A stretch of DNA of 62,728 nucleotides, the filler included, from Sphacelaria rigidula (lineage: Eukaryota), in the NCBI GenBank assembly GCA_964200075.2. It is 11 parts of 11 records of this genome, joined end to end, with 100 filler letters (N's around TTAATTAATTAA, not from the genome) between each part and the next. Parts side by side here need not be neighbours in the genome. Positions count along the whole stretch, not along the records: positions 22,849 to 28,460 come from CAXNAA020025870.1; positions 28,561 to 34,172 come from CAXNAA020025871.1; positions 34,273 to 39,884 come from CAXNAA020025872.1; 8 more parts are not named here. The stretch is one strand, 5' to 3'. The notes below the pieces were generated by a model. That model searched no databases, was not told where the DNA came from, and saw only the letters and a program-made list of their open reading frames with translations. Made by a program: the position numbers and the translations under genes. Positions 24,620 to 35,680 of this stretch are shown in pieces (the stretch's first letter is position 1; each line of letters starts with the position of its first letter).

Positions 24620-27600
24620 GTGGGTAGTACGTACAACAGGCCAGACACGACCTGTGCGCCTTCACAATTCTTGTTCGTTGCCTCTACCGTCGCTCCCTTA
24701 TTCGGCCTTGTGTGCGTACAAAAAAGCGATCATCGCCCTGTTGGTGGTGGTGAAGGAAACTTCACTCAGCAGCGCGAGCAAATTTCGATTGGATCCACGC
24801 AAGCAAGGTTTTCTTTCTTCACATATGGAGCATGCTACTATACTTGTCGGCGGCATTTCGAACTCGTGAGTGAAGAAAATCTCAGGAGAAACATGCGTTT
24901 TCGAGTTTATTGAAATAAGGATGTACCATGGTTGCCGAGTCCCTTGATCATACAACGAAGTTGACACCCGCCAGGCAGCATATAGCATGGGCAGCAGCAT
25001 GGATGAACCCGCCCAGGACAGAAACCCCCGCCCCTTGCCCCCTGCACACTCCTTAAGTCACCGTTGAAGCAAGCATGGTGTGATAACACAGGACATTTTG
25101 CCCAAGCACGTCGAATTTAAAAGCCATGAGCCTGACACGTTTTCGTTCGTGGGTGAGAGAAGAACGGCAGCAGCCTTGCTGAGAGGGCGGGCTTGCTGCG
25201 CTCGAGCAGCATCTCGTAATGATGCTACTACTATGATCCTACTAAAGTTGGCAATAAAGTGGCTCCGTGTACCTTGCAATTCCACTGTCTCTCATGAGTC
25301 AAGCAATTCCTCGCATCTTGACATGGTAGTCGGCACAGGACAAGGTATGGTCTCTCCTGTGTTATTGTGCACTGAAGAACTGGTGTTGCGCGTGATTCTG
25401 TGCGATGTCATATTTTCTGTAGAAGTATACGCAGTCTACCCGATTTACGCCACACGGAGCTAGTAGGTCCCCTCTTTTTAATGCGTGACACCACAGTGGC
25501 GTGTGCAATACCTGTCGTGAAGATCCAACAATACACGGCAGCTGGCATTTCACACTGCCCCCCCTGTTCTGCCCTACATAGACAGAATCACGGCTGCGTG
25601 TGTAAAGTACAATCTTAAGGGCAACTTCGCAATCACGCCAGACTTGGCCCGTGCGTGCTCAGGTAAGTCCTTCGTCGGAAAGTCGATGTCGTGAGGGGGG
25701 AGATGTTGAGCCGCATTGCATGTATGTGAGAGCTTCACGTTTTGTTGATGCAGTATGATACGAAAAAGTGCCGCAAAAAGATAGCACACGTGGTTCGTGC
25801 GGTATTGTAAATTGAATTCCCAGTCCCTAACTTCCCTGTTCCGAGTACCGTGCTGTCGGCCGCGTGTATGCTGTAGGGTGGCTGTAACGGACGCGATACA
25901 GCGGTAGTGCAATACACCCGATGGCAGCGACGGGCTAAGATCTGGATGTGATACTCTCAATAAAACCAAGCATTTCTTCAACTATGAATTTTTGTCGACC
26001 AGTTCGGGTAAACTCTAAACTACTGACCAAAGATCCATATCTTGCTGTCTCAGCTGGCTTTCTGCTTATCTGCCCTGTCTCTGCCCATGAAGCCTACCTT
26101 GTCCGGGTTGACTGTCGCTTCCACACTCAACTACCGGCACTATAAACCCTTATCCTTGCCCCAATCCGATCGGTGTTCGTAATCCTTCAGCCACCAGACC
26201 ACCCACATGGACTTGGGATGGAAGCCTGAAAAACGTGAACAACAACAATTTGACCACACTGAAAACGCCAACGGTAGCAACCGTCGAAGGTGGCCGACTA
26301 TTTTCCTTGTGATATTTAGTCAAGGATTGACCGTAGTCGAGGGGGATAGGCAGTTGGATCACTCGGGATAGCTTGTAGACCGTGAGCGAGTTCGTAAGTA
26401 AAACCCACGGCTTGCCAGCAGTTCGCTGGAAAGATCCCTTTTACGTTGGGGTCCCAGATCCGGCTGTACAGATATAGGAGTTTCGGAACTCCCGGGAACT
26501 ACCCCTGTAACAGCCGTTGACTACTTACACGTGATGAAAGAAAATCTCTCCGCACAAAAAAATGGCGATCTCCACATATTTTACCCGACGGTGTTATGTT
26601 GGGAATGAGTACTGTACTGTTGTGGTTGATAGGAAAGTACTTGACCCTTAGACCGCGGGGTTAGTCTTCCTGGATCATGCGTAATTTTTTCAAGTGAAAT
26701 TGATGCCGATTCAACAGGTGACCTACTCTCGCTGTCCAAGGGTCAACAACAACCTATAATAGAGGTAACAATCACCATTTTAGTGTACAGATACTTGCTA
26801 CTTGCGGGGGCATATGGCAACCGCATGGTGAGGCATGAGTCGGGCCAAAGGGTATGACAATATATTGGTATACAGTAGTAGTAATGGAATACATTTTGAG
26901 TCGGAAAAAATGTTCATAGTGGACGACAAACATCACGTTTGCCCAGCCTTTCCTGCCTGGTCCCAGTGCAGCCGCGGGCTGGCGTGCGGATGCTTGATGA
27001 GAATGCTGTGCAACTTGGACACGAAAAGAAGGATGACCGGCCACTGTACTGCACTGCGTGCAAGCCGTCATTCGGTATCATGTTGTAGGGCTCACTGTGA
27101 AAAATCCGAAGTTTCGGTTGGAACCATCCCATTTCGTACGTCTTGAGCCAATGAGATGCAGGCTTTTGTATTCAATAACCACGTGAAACAGCCGACGTGC
27201 TGGTTATACTGCTTTACCGTGAAGTCTACTGTCTGCTGTATTCTCCCGCTAATAATACTGTATTTCGTACTATCGAGGGCATTATTTGGAACAACACGTA
27301 AGCATTCCGGGTAGTCGTCGGTTCCGAACCGAAACCAAAATATATCGGTTGCTGGGTATGAATTCAATTAACGTCCACGGAACTGCGTCGGTGTGACACC
27401 AGAAAACACCGGAGTGTGTTAGTTTCAGATGAATTGCCCACAGATGCGCAGTAAGTTTGGCAGGAACGATACGTACCCGCAAAACTGAGAACTGCAAGGT
27501 ACTGCCTGTTGAGACCGGTCTCCTCGAAAAACGACGCGTCGCCCGGCATGCGTCTACAGCCCTACAGTAGCTCGATCTATCAATACAGTAGTGAGATTCT

Positions 27601-28391
27601 CATGCGGCCCTGGCTCCGTATGGAATGGCTCACGTTTTTACACGCACTCTGCGCTGATTGCGCAGTTGAACTCCCCGTTCATTCACGCTTCCACGAGATT
27701 ATACTGATATTAAAGTAGTGCTCGTATTGCCGCCTCATGGTGGTGCGGAAAATGCCAACTCGTGTCAACTAACTATATAAAACTAGGGAAGTACACTTAT
27801 CAGCCCGATATAAAGTATCGCTTTGAATTGCAAGCCACCGTGCTGAATCATGCTCTGCCGCTGAAAACAGTGTGCCGCACATAACATATCACCTCTTCAC
27901 GACGGAATCAAGTTCTGCGAAAAAAATGACCATCTGTCGGAAATCGAAGTCGTGACCCTTCGCCCTTGCGGAAGATTCTTACATGGTGCCAGTTGGACAA
28001 CAACGTTCAGCGTCAGAAAAAATCGAATGACCTATGGAAATTTACTATATTATGAGGAGTTTTTAGCCGAAATTTTTCAAGGTCCGTCTTCACGCAAGTT
28101 GGAGTTCTTGACCGACGCAGCCAGAGTTTTCTTCCATCGAGTTACGACGTGTTTATTTTTTTCGAAGTTTTCACATCGCTCTACGGCCGTGTCTTAGCAT
28201 ATTAGTTTTCGGTCGAAAATGTGCGGTGGAAAACTAAAATTCCGTCGTAACTTCAGTCATCGTCGTTAATTTTGAAGGTGGTTGAAATCACGACCTATCA
28301 GATCGAGATTTCTGTTTTCCACCGCACAATTTACTGTAATATGTCAAGGCCGTGTCTCATCAAATTGTTTTCGTGTGGTAAAATCGAGTTT

Positions 28392-28460
28392 AACAGCCGA
28401 TCATCTATGTTGAGGATGGTGCTTTTCATTGAGGATGAGAACCCGGAGGATTAAAATCTT
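28392..28460. mobile_element. Left end of an AACAGCCG-type MITE at the contig end
   Basis: aacagccgatcatctatgttgaggatgg...ggattaaaatctt is the near reverse complement of 57118-57188. Confidence 0.8.
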
Positions 28461-28560
28461 NNNNNNNNNNNNNNNNNNNNNNNNNNNNNNNNNNNNNNNN
28501 NNNNTTAATTAATTAANNNNNNNNNNNNNNNNNNNNNNNNNNNNNNNNNNNNNNNNNNNN

Positions 28561-29284
28561 GAGATACTGATCGAGGCCATCATGACGCTCCTCTCCCTGG
28601 GTATCGAGTCGGACGACGGGCGCGTCCGTCTGGAGATTCTTCGCGAAGCCATGGAGGAGGGCGCTACGCTGTTGCGGGCACACTGCCGCAAATGGCCCGC
28701 CGAGATATGTTGGATCCGGAGGTATGCGCCATGCTGGAGTCCCTCGTTGATGATGACCTGGGTCGGTGGTCTTCGAGCCTGTTTACTAGTGCCGTCGTAT
28801 TCCAGCGGCAGCACCCAATGCCTCCAAATATCGAGGACATGCTTCCGGTTGTGACGCCGCAGTGAACGTTCCTGCGCAACTTTATTGATAGCGGGGGACT
28901 TCGGGGCATCCACATCCGCACATCTTCCCTATACTGTCGCCGACCAAGCGTTCCCGCTCCGGAAATGACCAAATTCGTGACCGACACTGTGTCGTGGAGA
29001 TGAAGGAAGGAGTATCCCGTCGCCGGAACTGCCCATGGGAGCACATCAAGAAAGCAAACCGTCGATCCAGCAACGGGGACGACGGTCCTCGAGCTAGCGG
29101 CGGGGGAGGCGGCGGCGGTGGCAATGGTCGCGCCGGTGGCACTGGTCGCGCCGGTGGCGGCGGCTTGGAAACCGGGGGAACCAACAACGGCCCCAGCAAC
29201 CAGAGCGCCGGGGGCGGCACTGGTGGACGCGGTAATAGCGGTGGGGGCGGGGGCGGCGGCGGCGGCGGTGGGGGCTGCAACTAG
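28561..29284 (+). pseudogene. Gag-like ORF1 remnant with a degenerate CCCH zinc finger and Gly-rich tail
   Basis: HCVVEMKEGV(S)RRRNCPWEH fits C-x8-(C>S)-x4-C-x3-H, followed by GGGG-rich sequence. Frameshifted. Confidence 0.55.
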
Positions 29285-29338
29285 GAGTATGGGCCTCGCG
29301 TCGAGGCGGGGACAACCTCGGACCAGTACGCGGTTTCC

Positions 29339-30984
29339 GTGGAAGGCGAGCAGTCGGGAGGACCGAGGTCGGCGTTGAGCGAGCAACAAGGTGGGGCTGG
29401 GGATGTGGAAGAATGTGCGGTAGCGCTTAAACGGTCAGCGCGCTCAGCCGATCCTCAACCAACCTGTACAGCACTCCATAATGCAGCGGCAAAAAGTCAA
29501 CGTTTTTTGGAAGACAAAAGTGGTTCGTTTAGCAGTATGCTTGAAACTCTGACTGTATTGCCCGTTCCCCGCGTTGATGTATCTCTGATTCGGCGTTGGT
29601 TTGGCGAAGTGAAAGAGTTTCCCGACATAAATCTGTTGGTGCAGGTTGTCAGTATTGGGCCACCGGTTGCGGTATGTGGGCGCGGAGATTTGGTTGCGGC
29701 GCTCCAATACGGAAACAATAGTTCTGTCAGACCATATTCGGAAATTTTGGCAAAACTTGTGTAGGATATGTTACTTGGGAGAGCATTTGTTTTTCCACGT
29801 CACGCAGCTGCTGCTATTCCAGGTCTTCGCGTATCACCTGTGACAGTCGCTGTCTCCCCGTCAAAGGTTCGCATTTGTCATGATTTGTCTAACGCTGTGT
29901 CTGGAAAGAGTGTAAACGAAGATACTGATACATCGGTGGTACCGGAGTGTAAAATAGGACATTTGTTCCGCAATGTGGCGTGGCGAATTTTGTACCTTCA
30001 CGGAAAATTTGTTGGCAATGTCGAGTCCCCCCCCCCGAATTCTGCTTGCCAAAATGGATACCAAGAGTGCGTTCCGTCAAATCCAAGTCGATGTGGATAA
30101 GGCGCCGACGTTTGGGTACGTGTTCGAGGAATTTGTAATAATAGACCGGTGTCTTCAGTTTAGATGGACTAGTTCGCCCGCGTTGTGGGGGGTGGGCGCA
30201 GCAGCTGTCCAGCACGCGCACAACAACACGACTTTCCGAAACGCAGAAGCCATAGAAGAAGGCTGTGCAGCCGCTAGACATGTACGTGTAGAGCCACCTC
30301 GAACAGACGAGGTGCGCGCCGAGTCGCCACGAGATTATGTTCATCCCCCGGGTATGGGCGGGGAGCTGCGCGACAAGTTTTGGGTAGAGACGTTTGTGGA
30401 TGACGCGCTGTTCGTGGAGGCGGAGAGTTTCTTGGCAGGCAGACGGTGTCTTCGCGCTACCCGATCCTTTGCTTCTGACAGTTTTCGTTTGTTTGGTAGT
30501 CGTCGGGAACCTGGAATGCCTCCGTTGTTTGCGCGCGAAAAAACGACGTCCTGGGACACTCGCATGGAAATGTTGGGATGGGCGATTGACACAGTAGCGA
30601 TGACCATTTCCGTCCCACAGCGCAAGATTGAGAATCTGCGGGGCATTTTAGACCAATGCCCAGTAGAGAGGAAGGAAGTGTCAGTTAAGGAAGTGCGGTC
30701 GTTGGTGGGAAAGCTTCTGCACTTGTGTGAGGTCGTGAGACCGGGAACGTTTTTCGTGCGGCGTATTCCGAACCAACTAGGTCTAGCGCCATTCTCGGCA
30801 GGCGAAGCGGCGGACAAAGGATTCGTAGCAAGGCGCGCACAGCGCCGGGGATGCGTTCGGCTGGGTCCAGAATTCCATGATGACCTGGCTTTTTGGAGGT
30901 TGATTTTGGATATGGCTACAGGGTTAGACGGTGTGACTCGGTTAGAAGCACCTCTGCCGTGCTGTTTTTCTGCAGCTCCCAAGC
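29339..30984 (+). pseudogene. DIRS-type reverse transcriptase
   Basis: RVSPVTVAVSPSKVRICHDLS, LLAKMDTKSAFRQI, LQFRWTSSPALW, catalytic FVDD, and MEMLGWAID. There is an in-frame TAG at 29762 and a frameshift in the C-run near 30030. Confidence 0.88.
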
Positions 30985-31593
30985 TTGATAATCATTAGCG
31001 ATGCCAGCGGGGATGCCATGGGAGGATACTGTTTGGAAACCGGGAAATGGTGGAGGATAGATTTCACTCCGGATGTACGTGCACGCCTCCGTACCCGTGT
31101 GCTTTCTAGAGACGATTTGTCGATGAACGTTTTCGAGCTGCTGGCTATGATAGTGACGGCATGGGCGTTGACTGTGCAAGCTGGGGAACGACCGGAGTAC
31201 CTCGGGCAGAGTATCTTGATGCGAGGGGGCAACATGAGCGCTGTTCACTGGGTAAACAAATGTAGGGGGGCAAAAGAGCCACGGTCGGGGGCGCCCATGC
31301 GAATGATGGGCGTGTTGGAAATGCGAAACGGGTGGCGGTTCCGTGCGAAACACACCAAAGGGGTAGCAAACACTCTTGCCGATGGTATCTCGAGGTGGGA
31401 CCGTGCTGACATTGCTCGTTACTTGCACTTTTTTCGGCCCGACATTTGTTGGCAGGAGCAGCGGCTCGGGAAAGAAGCTCTGGACCTTACTTTTGCGGTC
31501 TTGGCGTCGAGCTCGTCGGAAAGTCAATTGCGGCTTCGTCTAAACGAAATTACAAGGCGGGTTTCCGGTCTTGGTGTCTCTTTCGCGGGTTGA
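30985..31593 (+). pseudogene. DIRS-type RNase H domain
   Basis: IISDASGDAMGG, MNVFELLAM, RG(D>G)NMSAV and KGVANTLADGISR. It is joined to RT across a frameshift near 30965. Confidence 0.88.
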
Positions 31594-31619
31594 TAGGCCG
31601 GGATTAATTTTTCGGCGAC

Positions 31620-32686
31620 GAGGCATCGGTCGAAGAGATGACTTGGGATTTGGTCGATTTCGCGGCGTGGTGTTTCAATTCCCAAGGGAACGTAGCTAGT
31701 ACGATATCGGGCAACTTTGCGGCGGTGAAGTATTTTCATAGGATGGAGGTACAAGTAGAAGTCGTCACCACGTCTCCGGTGTTGAAGTGTGCGTTAAAAG
31801 GGATTGCGAGATCGCATGCTGACACAAGCACGTGCCGTCGAACTCGCTTTCCGGTCACATGGCAGATGTTGTTGGACGGAGAATGTTTGATCCCATCGTG
31901 GGGCGTTGGGGGAAAGGTACTGTGGCTTTGCTTGAGCTTGAGCTATTTTCCTGCTCACACGGTCGGACGAGATGTCTGCGAGTACGTCGGGAGTGGTACA
32001 TTCAGTGCATTGTCTTACACGTAGGGACGTGGCGTTTTTTTCAGGGGATACCCAGCTGACGTATCTGCAGTGGCGCCAGGCTGACAGGATAGAGGTACAT
32101 TTCCGGGGCCACAAAGGGGATCAGGGGCAGAGAGGCGAAGTAAGGGTCCGTACGCGAGAAGAAGTCCGTGGTCCGCATGCGGGGTACAGAGCAGATGGCG
32201 GTGCAGTTGCTCTGATGCTGGAGTTGTTGTCATGCTACGCGACATTGCCCGCAGACGCTCCACTATCTTCTTACCACTATGGTCGGGGAGTCAAAGTATG
32301 AAAGTACAACGAGGCACTTCGAACGTTGAGAGAGGTAGTCGAGAAGTCGGGTCGCGACCCGAAAGACTTCGTTTTACACTCGTTGAGGATCGGAGGGACA
32401 TCCACTATGGTAGCAGGGGGCGTACTCATTTGTTGCTTGCCTTAGTCATTTGACCATTGACCACGCATCCCTTTCGAGACGGAGCACACTATGGTAGCAG
32501 GGGGAGAAATATCAGATCGAGTAGCGCAGAGGGAAGGAAGGTGGAAGTCAGATGCATACAGCGTACACTGTTAACAACATAGAAGACTGGCGACGAGTAT
32601 CGCGCATTCTTGGAGATAAGAACAGGGGAGTTAGTAGACAACCGGGGGAAGGTACTGTGTGGGGGAGTTACAAAAAGAGGCGGTGA
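31620..32686 (+). pseudogene. Tyrosine recombinase, interrupted by a LINE 3' fragment
   Basis: LTRSDEM (Arg), FRGHKGDQ (Lys), HSLRIGG (HxxR) and GRWKSDAY. Removing 32421-32504 restores HSLRIGGTSTMVAGGEISDRVAQREGRWKSDAY. Confidence 0.88.
32421..32486 (-). mobile_element. 66-bp 5'-truncated LINE insertion with an 18-bp TSD
   Basis: cactatggtagcaggggg at 32403-32420 and 32487-32504. The insert is the reverse complement of tgctccgtctcgaaagggatgcgtggtcaatgg...aacaaatgagtacg. Confidence 0.92.
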
Positions 32687-32717
32687 ATTCCGATGCAGTG
32701 AAAAACTCCACGACCTC

Positions 32718-33623
32718 GATATAGGTGAAGGAATGGTTGAGTACCATTTGGGGACTTGGTCGATTGAGATTTTCACGTAAATTAGGAGCGTTCATGTGTC
32801 CCCCTGGTTGTTCTAAGGGAGAGAGAGAGACAGTTTTCATGAGCTGAGATACGATAGTCTATGGCAGACGGGTTTAGAGATCGTGCCCTGCAAGAAGTCG
32901 TATTTCTCTCTCTCTTGCCTTCGAGCCCGAAAATATTAATGAAAAAGGAAATTCGAAAGAATAGCAATAAAGGGGAGGTTTGTTCAGAAAGAAGCAAACC
33001 GTCGTTTATTGCAAACATCGAATTGGCCAAAGAAGCGTCTATTTGTTCAGTCGCTCTTTTAGGGTCACGGAGGAACAGTCAAACAGTCAGCCGCCTTTTT
33101 ATTGTTTCAGTCGTCTTTTGAGGGTCACGGGGGAACAGCTGAATAGCCAGCCCCAAGCGTTCACTTTGCGGGAAAGTCCACGGATAGTCAAAACAAGGAG
33201 ACGCAAATCAGCGTAGGTTGGAGACACAAAAGGTGGACAGAGAGAGCATAGAAGGAGTTTGACCAGTTCGACAGGGGCCAACAAGTTTTATCAATTAGGT
33301 GCGCATTTTTGCCGCCCACCCACCCGTTTTCTTTCAAGGGTGGAAGGGAAGGGAGAGGGATTGCTTGATATAGGGTGAAGGAATGGTAGAGTACCATTTG
33401 GGGACTTGGTCGATTGAGATTTTCACGTACATTAGGAGCGTTTATGTGTCCCCCTGGTTGTTCTAAGGGAGAGAGAGAGACAGTTTTCATGAGCAGAGAC
33501 GCGATAGTCTATGGCAGCAGGGTTTAGAGATCGTGCCCTGCAAGCAGTCGTCTCTCTCTCTCTCTCTTGTCTTCGGGCCCGAAAATATTAATGAAAAAAT
33601 CAATTCGAAAGAAAAGCAATAAA
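32718..33623 (+). repeat. Split direct repeats B1 (32718-32971), A2 (32972-33366), B2 (33367-33623)
   Basis: Two ~255-bp highly similar copies (gatatag...gcaataaa) flank a ~395-bp segment that has an internal 60-bp-period duplication (33040-33152). Confidence 0.88.
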
Positions 33624-34112
33624 AGACAAAATCAGCGAGGCACAAGCAGGATTCAGATCAAACCGTAGAGGCGTAGACCATGTGTACACGCGAAGTAAGA
33701 TCATTCAGGGTAGGAAAGTCACCGGGCGGACAACGTACTGTTTCTTTCTAAACGTTCAAAAGGCTCATGACACAGTATGGAGAAATGGGTTGTGCAAGAC
33801 GTTGTGGGAAGCTGGGATCAGAGGAAAGATGTGGAGNNNNNNNNNNGATGTGGAGAATGGTGAAGAAGATGACAGAATGTGCCACAGGTGCCATGATGCT
33901 AGACGGGGAAATATCGAAATATTTCGATATCGTACGAGGAGATGCACGAGGGTGTACGTTATCACCCGCTTCGTTCAAGGTATATATTAATGACTTGATA
34001 ACAGCAATAGAAGCAGCAGAGCAAGGTGTTCGGGTGGGTGAGGATATGGTATCAGGATTGATGTTCGTGGATGATTTTGTGGGGATTCAAGGAACACCAG
34101 AAGGACTACAGA
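33624..34112 (+). pseudogene. Non-LTR (LINE) reverse transcriptase fragment
   Basis: ISEAQAGFRSNR...YCFFLNVQKAHDTVWRNGL...G(D)ARGCTLSP.SFKVYINDL...GLMFVDDFVG. Confidence 0.9.
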
Positions 34113-34272
34113 CGAGTCATCCTACGATAGGGGGGGGGTATTTGGTTGCACGAAAAAAGAGGCTCATAAGTGNNNNNNNNNNNNNNNNNNNNNNNNNNNN
34201 NNNNNNNNNNNNNNNNTTAATTAATTAANNNNNNNNNNNNNNNNNNNNNNNNNNNNNNNNNNNNNNNNNNNN

Positions 34273-34497
34273 CTGTCATCCAAATGCAAGATAATCAGTA
34301 GGCTTTGGGCCGAACAATCTTAGCAGGATGCAGATCACCCCTCATGTGACTCGCCGAACACACCACGGTGCTTCGCGCTTGGTGATTGAGTGCGAGCCTG
34401 GTGAAAACCCGGCATGCTCCGTCCCGGCTTTGTAGGGATGCGAGGTCAATGGTCGTATGACTGTTGCATGCATGATCATGAGTACACCCCCCCCCCC
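34273..34497 (+). mobile_element. SINE-like non-autonomous retroelement, 3' part followed by C11
   Basis: caaatgcaagataatc...gatcatgagtaca followed by a C-run. Copies at 35109-35352 (-), 35356-35661 (+), 44099-44456 (+) and 60505-60790 (-). The last ~70 nt are homologous to the LINE 3' end. Confidence 0.8.
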
Positions 34498-35108
34498 GTC
34501 ATCGTGGCATAACTCGCAAAACAGAACCGATGGAGGAAGTGTGCCCAACGCGGCACGAACCTCGTACTTCATAGTTCAATGGTTACGGAAGACGTATAAC
34601 CCTCCCTTGTGAGACCCGTGTTCAATTTCTTGTGAGGGAGTACCTCATCATCTTCAACCCTTTCGAGACCGGACCCCGAGAAACACGGTGTTTGCACGCA
34701 CGGGCCTTTTCGTGAATTTGCAAAAGTTTTAATCGTTTTCAAGTCAAAATGATGCCGATTCACAAAGAGGTCACTGCATACTGCGTGCAAACACCATGCT
34801 TGTCGGAGTTCGGTCCCAAAAGTGTTGGTGGTATGATATTATTTTCTTGAATTTTGTTCGTACTGTTGTGTACGGTAGGTACTATACTCGAAGTCACACA
34901 ACCCCCCTGTCCTTACCCTCCCCTCTAAGGGGTGGGGTCGATTGGCAACGGCGCTGTGAAACACGCCCCTTATCGCATAAGCCAGGCACCAAGGTAACCG
35001 TTTTGTTCTTTCTTCTTCTCGCTTTCGTGTTTTTTGCGGTAACTATGATGGTGGTCGAGTAAGATTATATATATAAGGGGTGTGTGAACCTTGATCCCGT
35101 TCAAAGAA

Positions 35109-35661
35109 GTGTACTCATGATCATGCATGCCATGGTCATATGACCACTGACCTCGCATCTCTACAATGCCGGGACGGAGCACGCCGGGTTTCCCCCGTAC
35201 CAGACTCGCAATCAATCACCAAGCCCGAAGCGCCGTGGTGTGCACGGCGAGTCGCATGAAGGGTTAGCTGCATCCTACTGAGATTGTTCGACCCGAAGTC
35301 AATTGATAGTCTTGCATTTGGATGACAACCCGCGATGAGCTGCTTCATTTTCACTCCACAGGGGTGAGGCAGCCGTGAGGCAATGTAAACGGTGGCTGTC
35401 TCTGGAAGTGGAGGTACCCGAAAATGAAGCGACTCGTTGTAGGCTGTAATCAAAATGCAAGATAATCAGCACGCTTCGGGCCGAACAATCTTAGCAGGAT
35501 GCAGCTCACCCTTCATGCGACTCGCCGAACACACCACGGCGCTTCGCGCTTGGTGACTGATTGCGAGCCTGGTCCGGCGGAAACCCGGCGTGCTCCGTCC
35601 TCGCTTTGTGAGGGTGAGAAGTTACTGGTATTATTACTATGGCATGCAAGATCATGAGTAC
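35109..35661. mobile_element. Head-to-head inverted pair of the same SINE-like element
   Basis: 35109-35352 is a diverged reverse complement of about 35420-35661. Confidence 0.8.
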
Positions 35662-35680
35662 CTTGCCCCCCACTCCCCCC

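Larger units (their letters stand above)
28561..33623 (+). mobile_element. Ngaro-like tyrosine-recombinase (DIRS-order) retrotransposon, decayed, 5' end lost in the gap
   Basis: Order is gag-like, RT, RNase H, YR, followed by B1-A2-B2 split direct repeats. No methyltransferase domain is visible between RNase H and YR. Confidence 0.88.

Noticed and set aside
27300..27362. WSC-domain exon (KYIGCW)
   Set aside because: An immediate stop follows and there is no further cysteine pattern.
28664..29389. Antisense Pro/Ala-rich ORFs (also 8386-8800, 20277-20928, 30341-31527)
   Set aside because: Shadow ORFs of GC-rich or repetitive sequence on the opposite strand.
29339..32686. Novel RT + recombinase system (retron-, DGR- or shufflon-like)
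   Set aside because: Domain order and split direct repeats are fully explained by a DIRS-order retrotransposon.
35356..35661. RNase P RNA-like origin of the SINE body (TGCAA and GGAAACCCGGC motifs)
   Set aside because: Only short motif resemblance, with no P4 pseudoknot partner visible. A covariance-model search would be needed.
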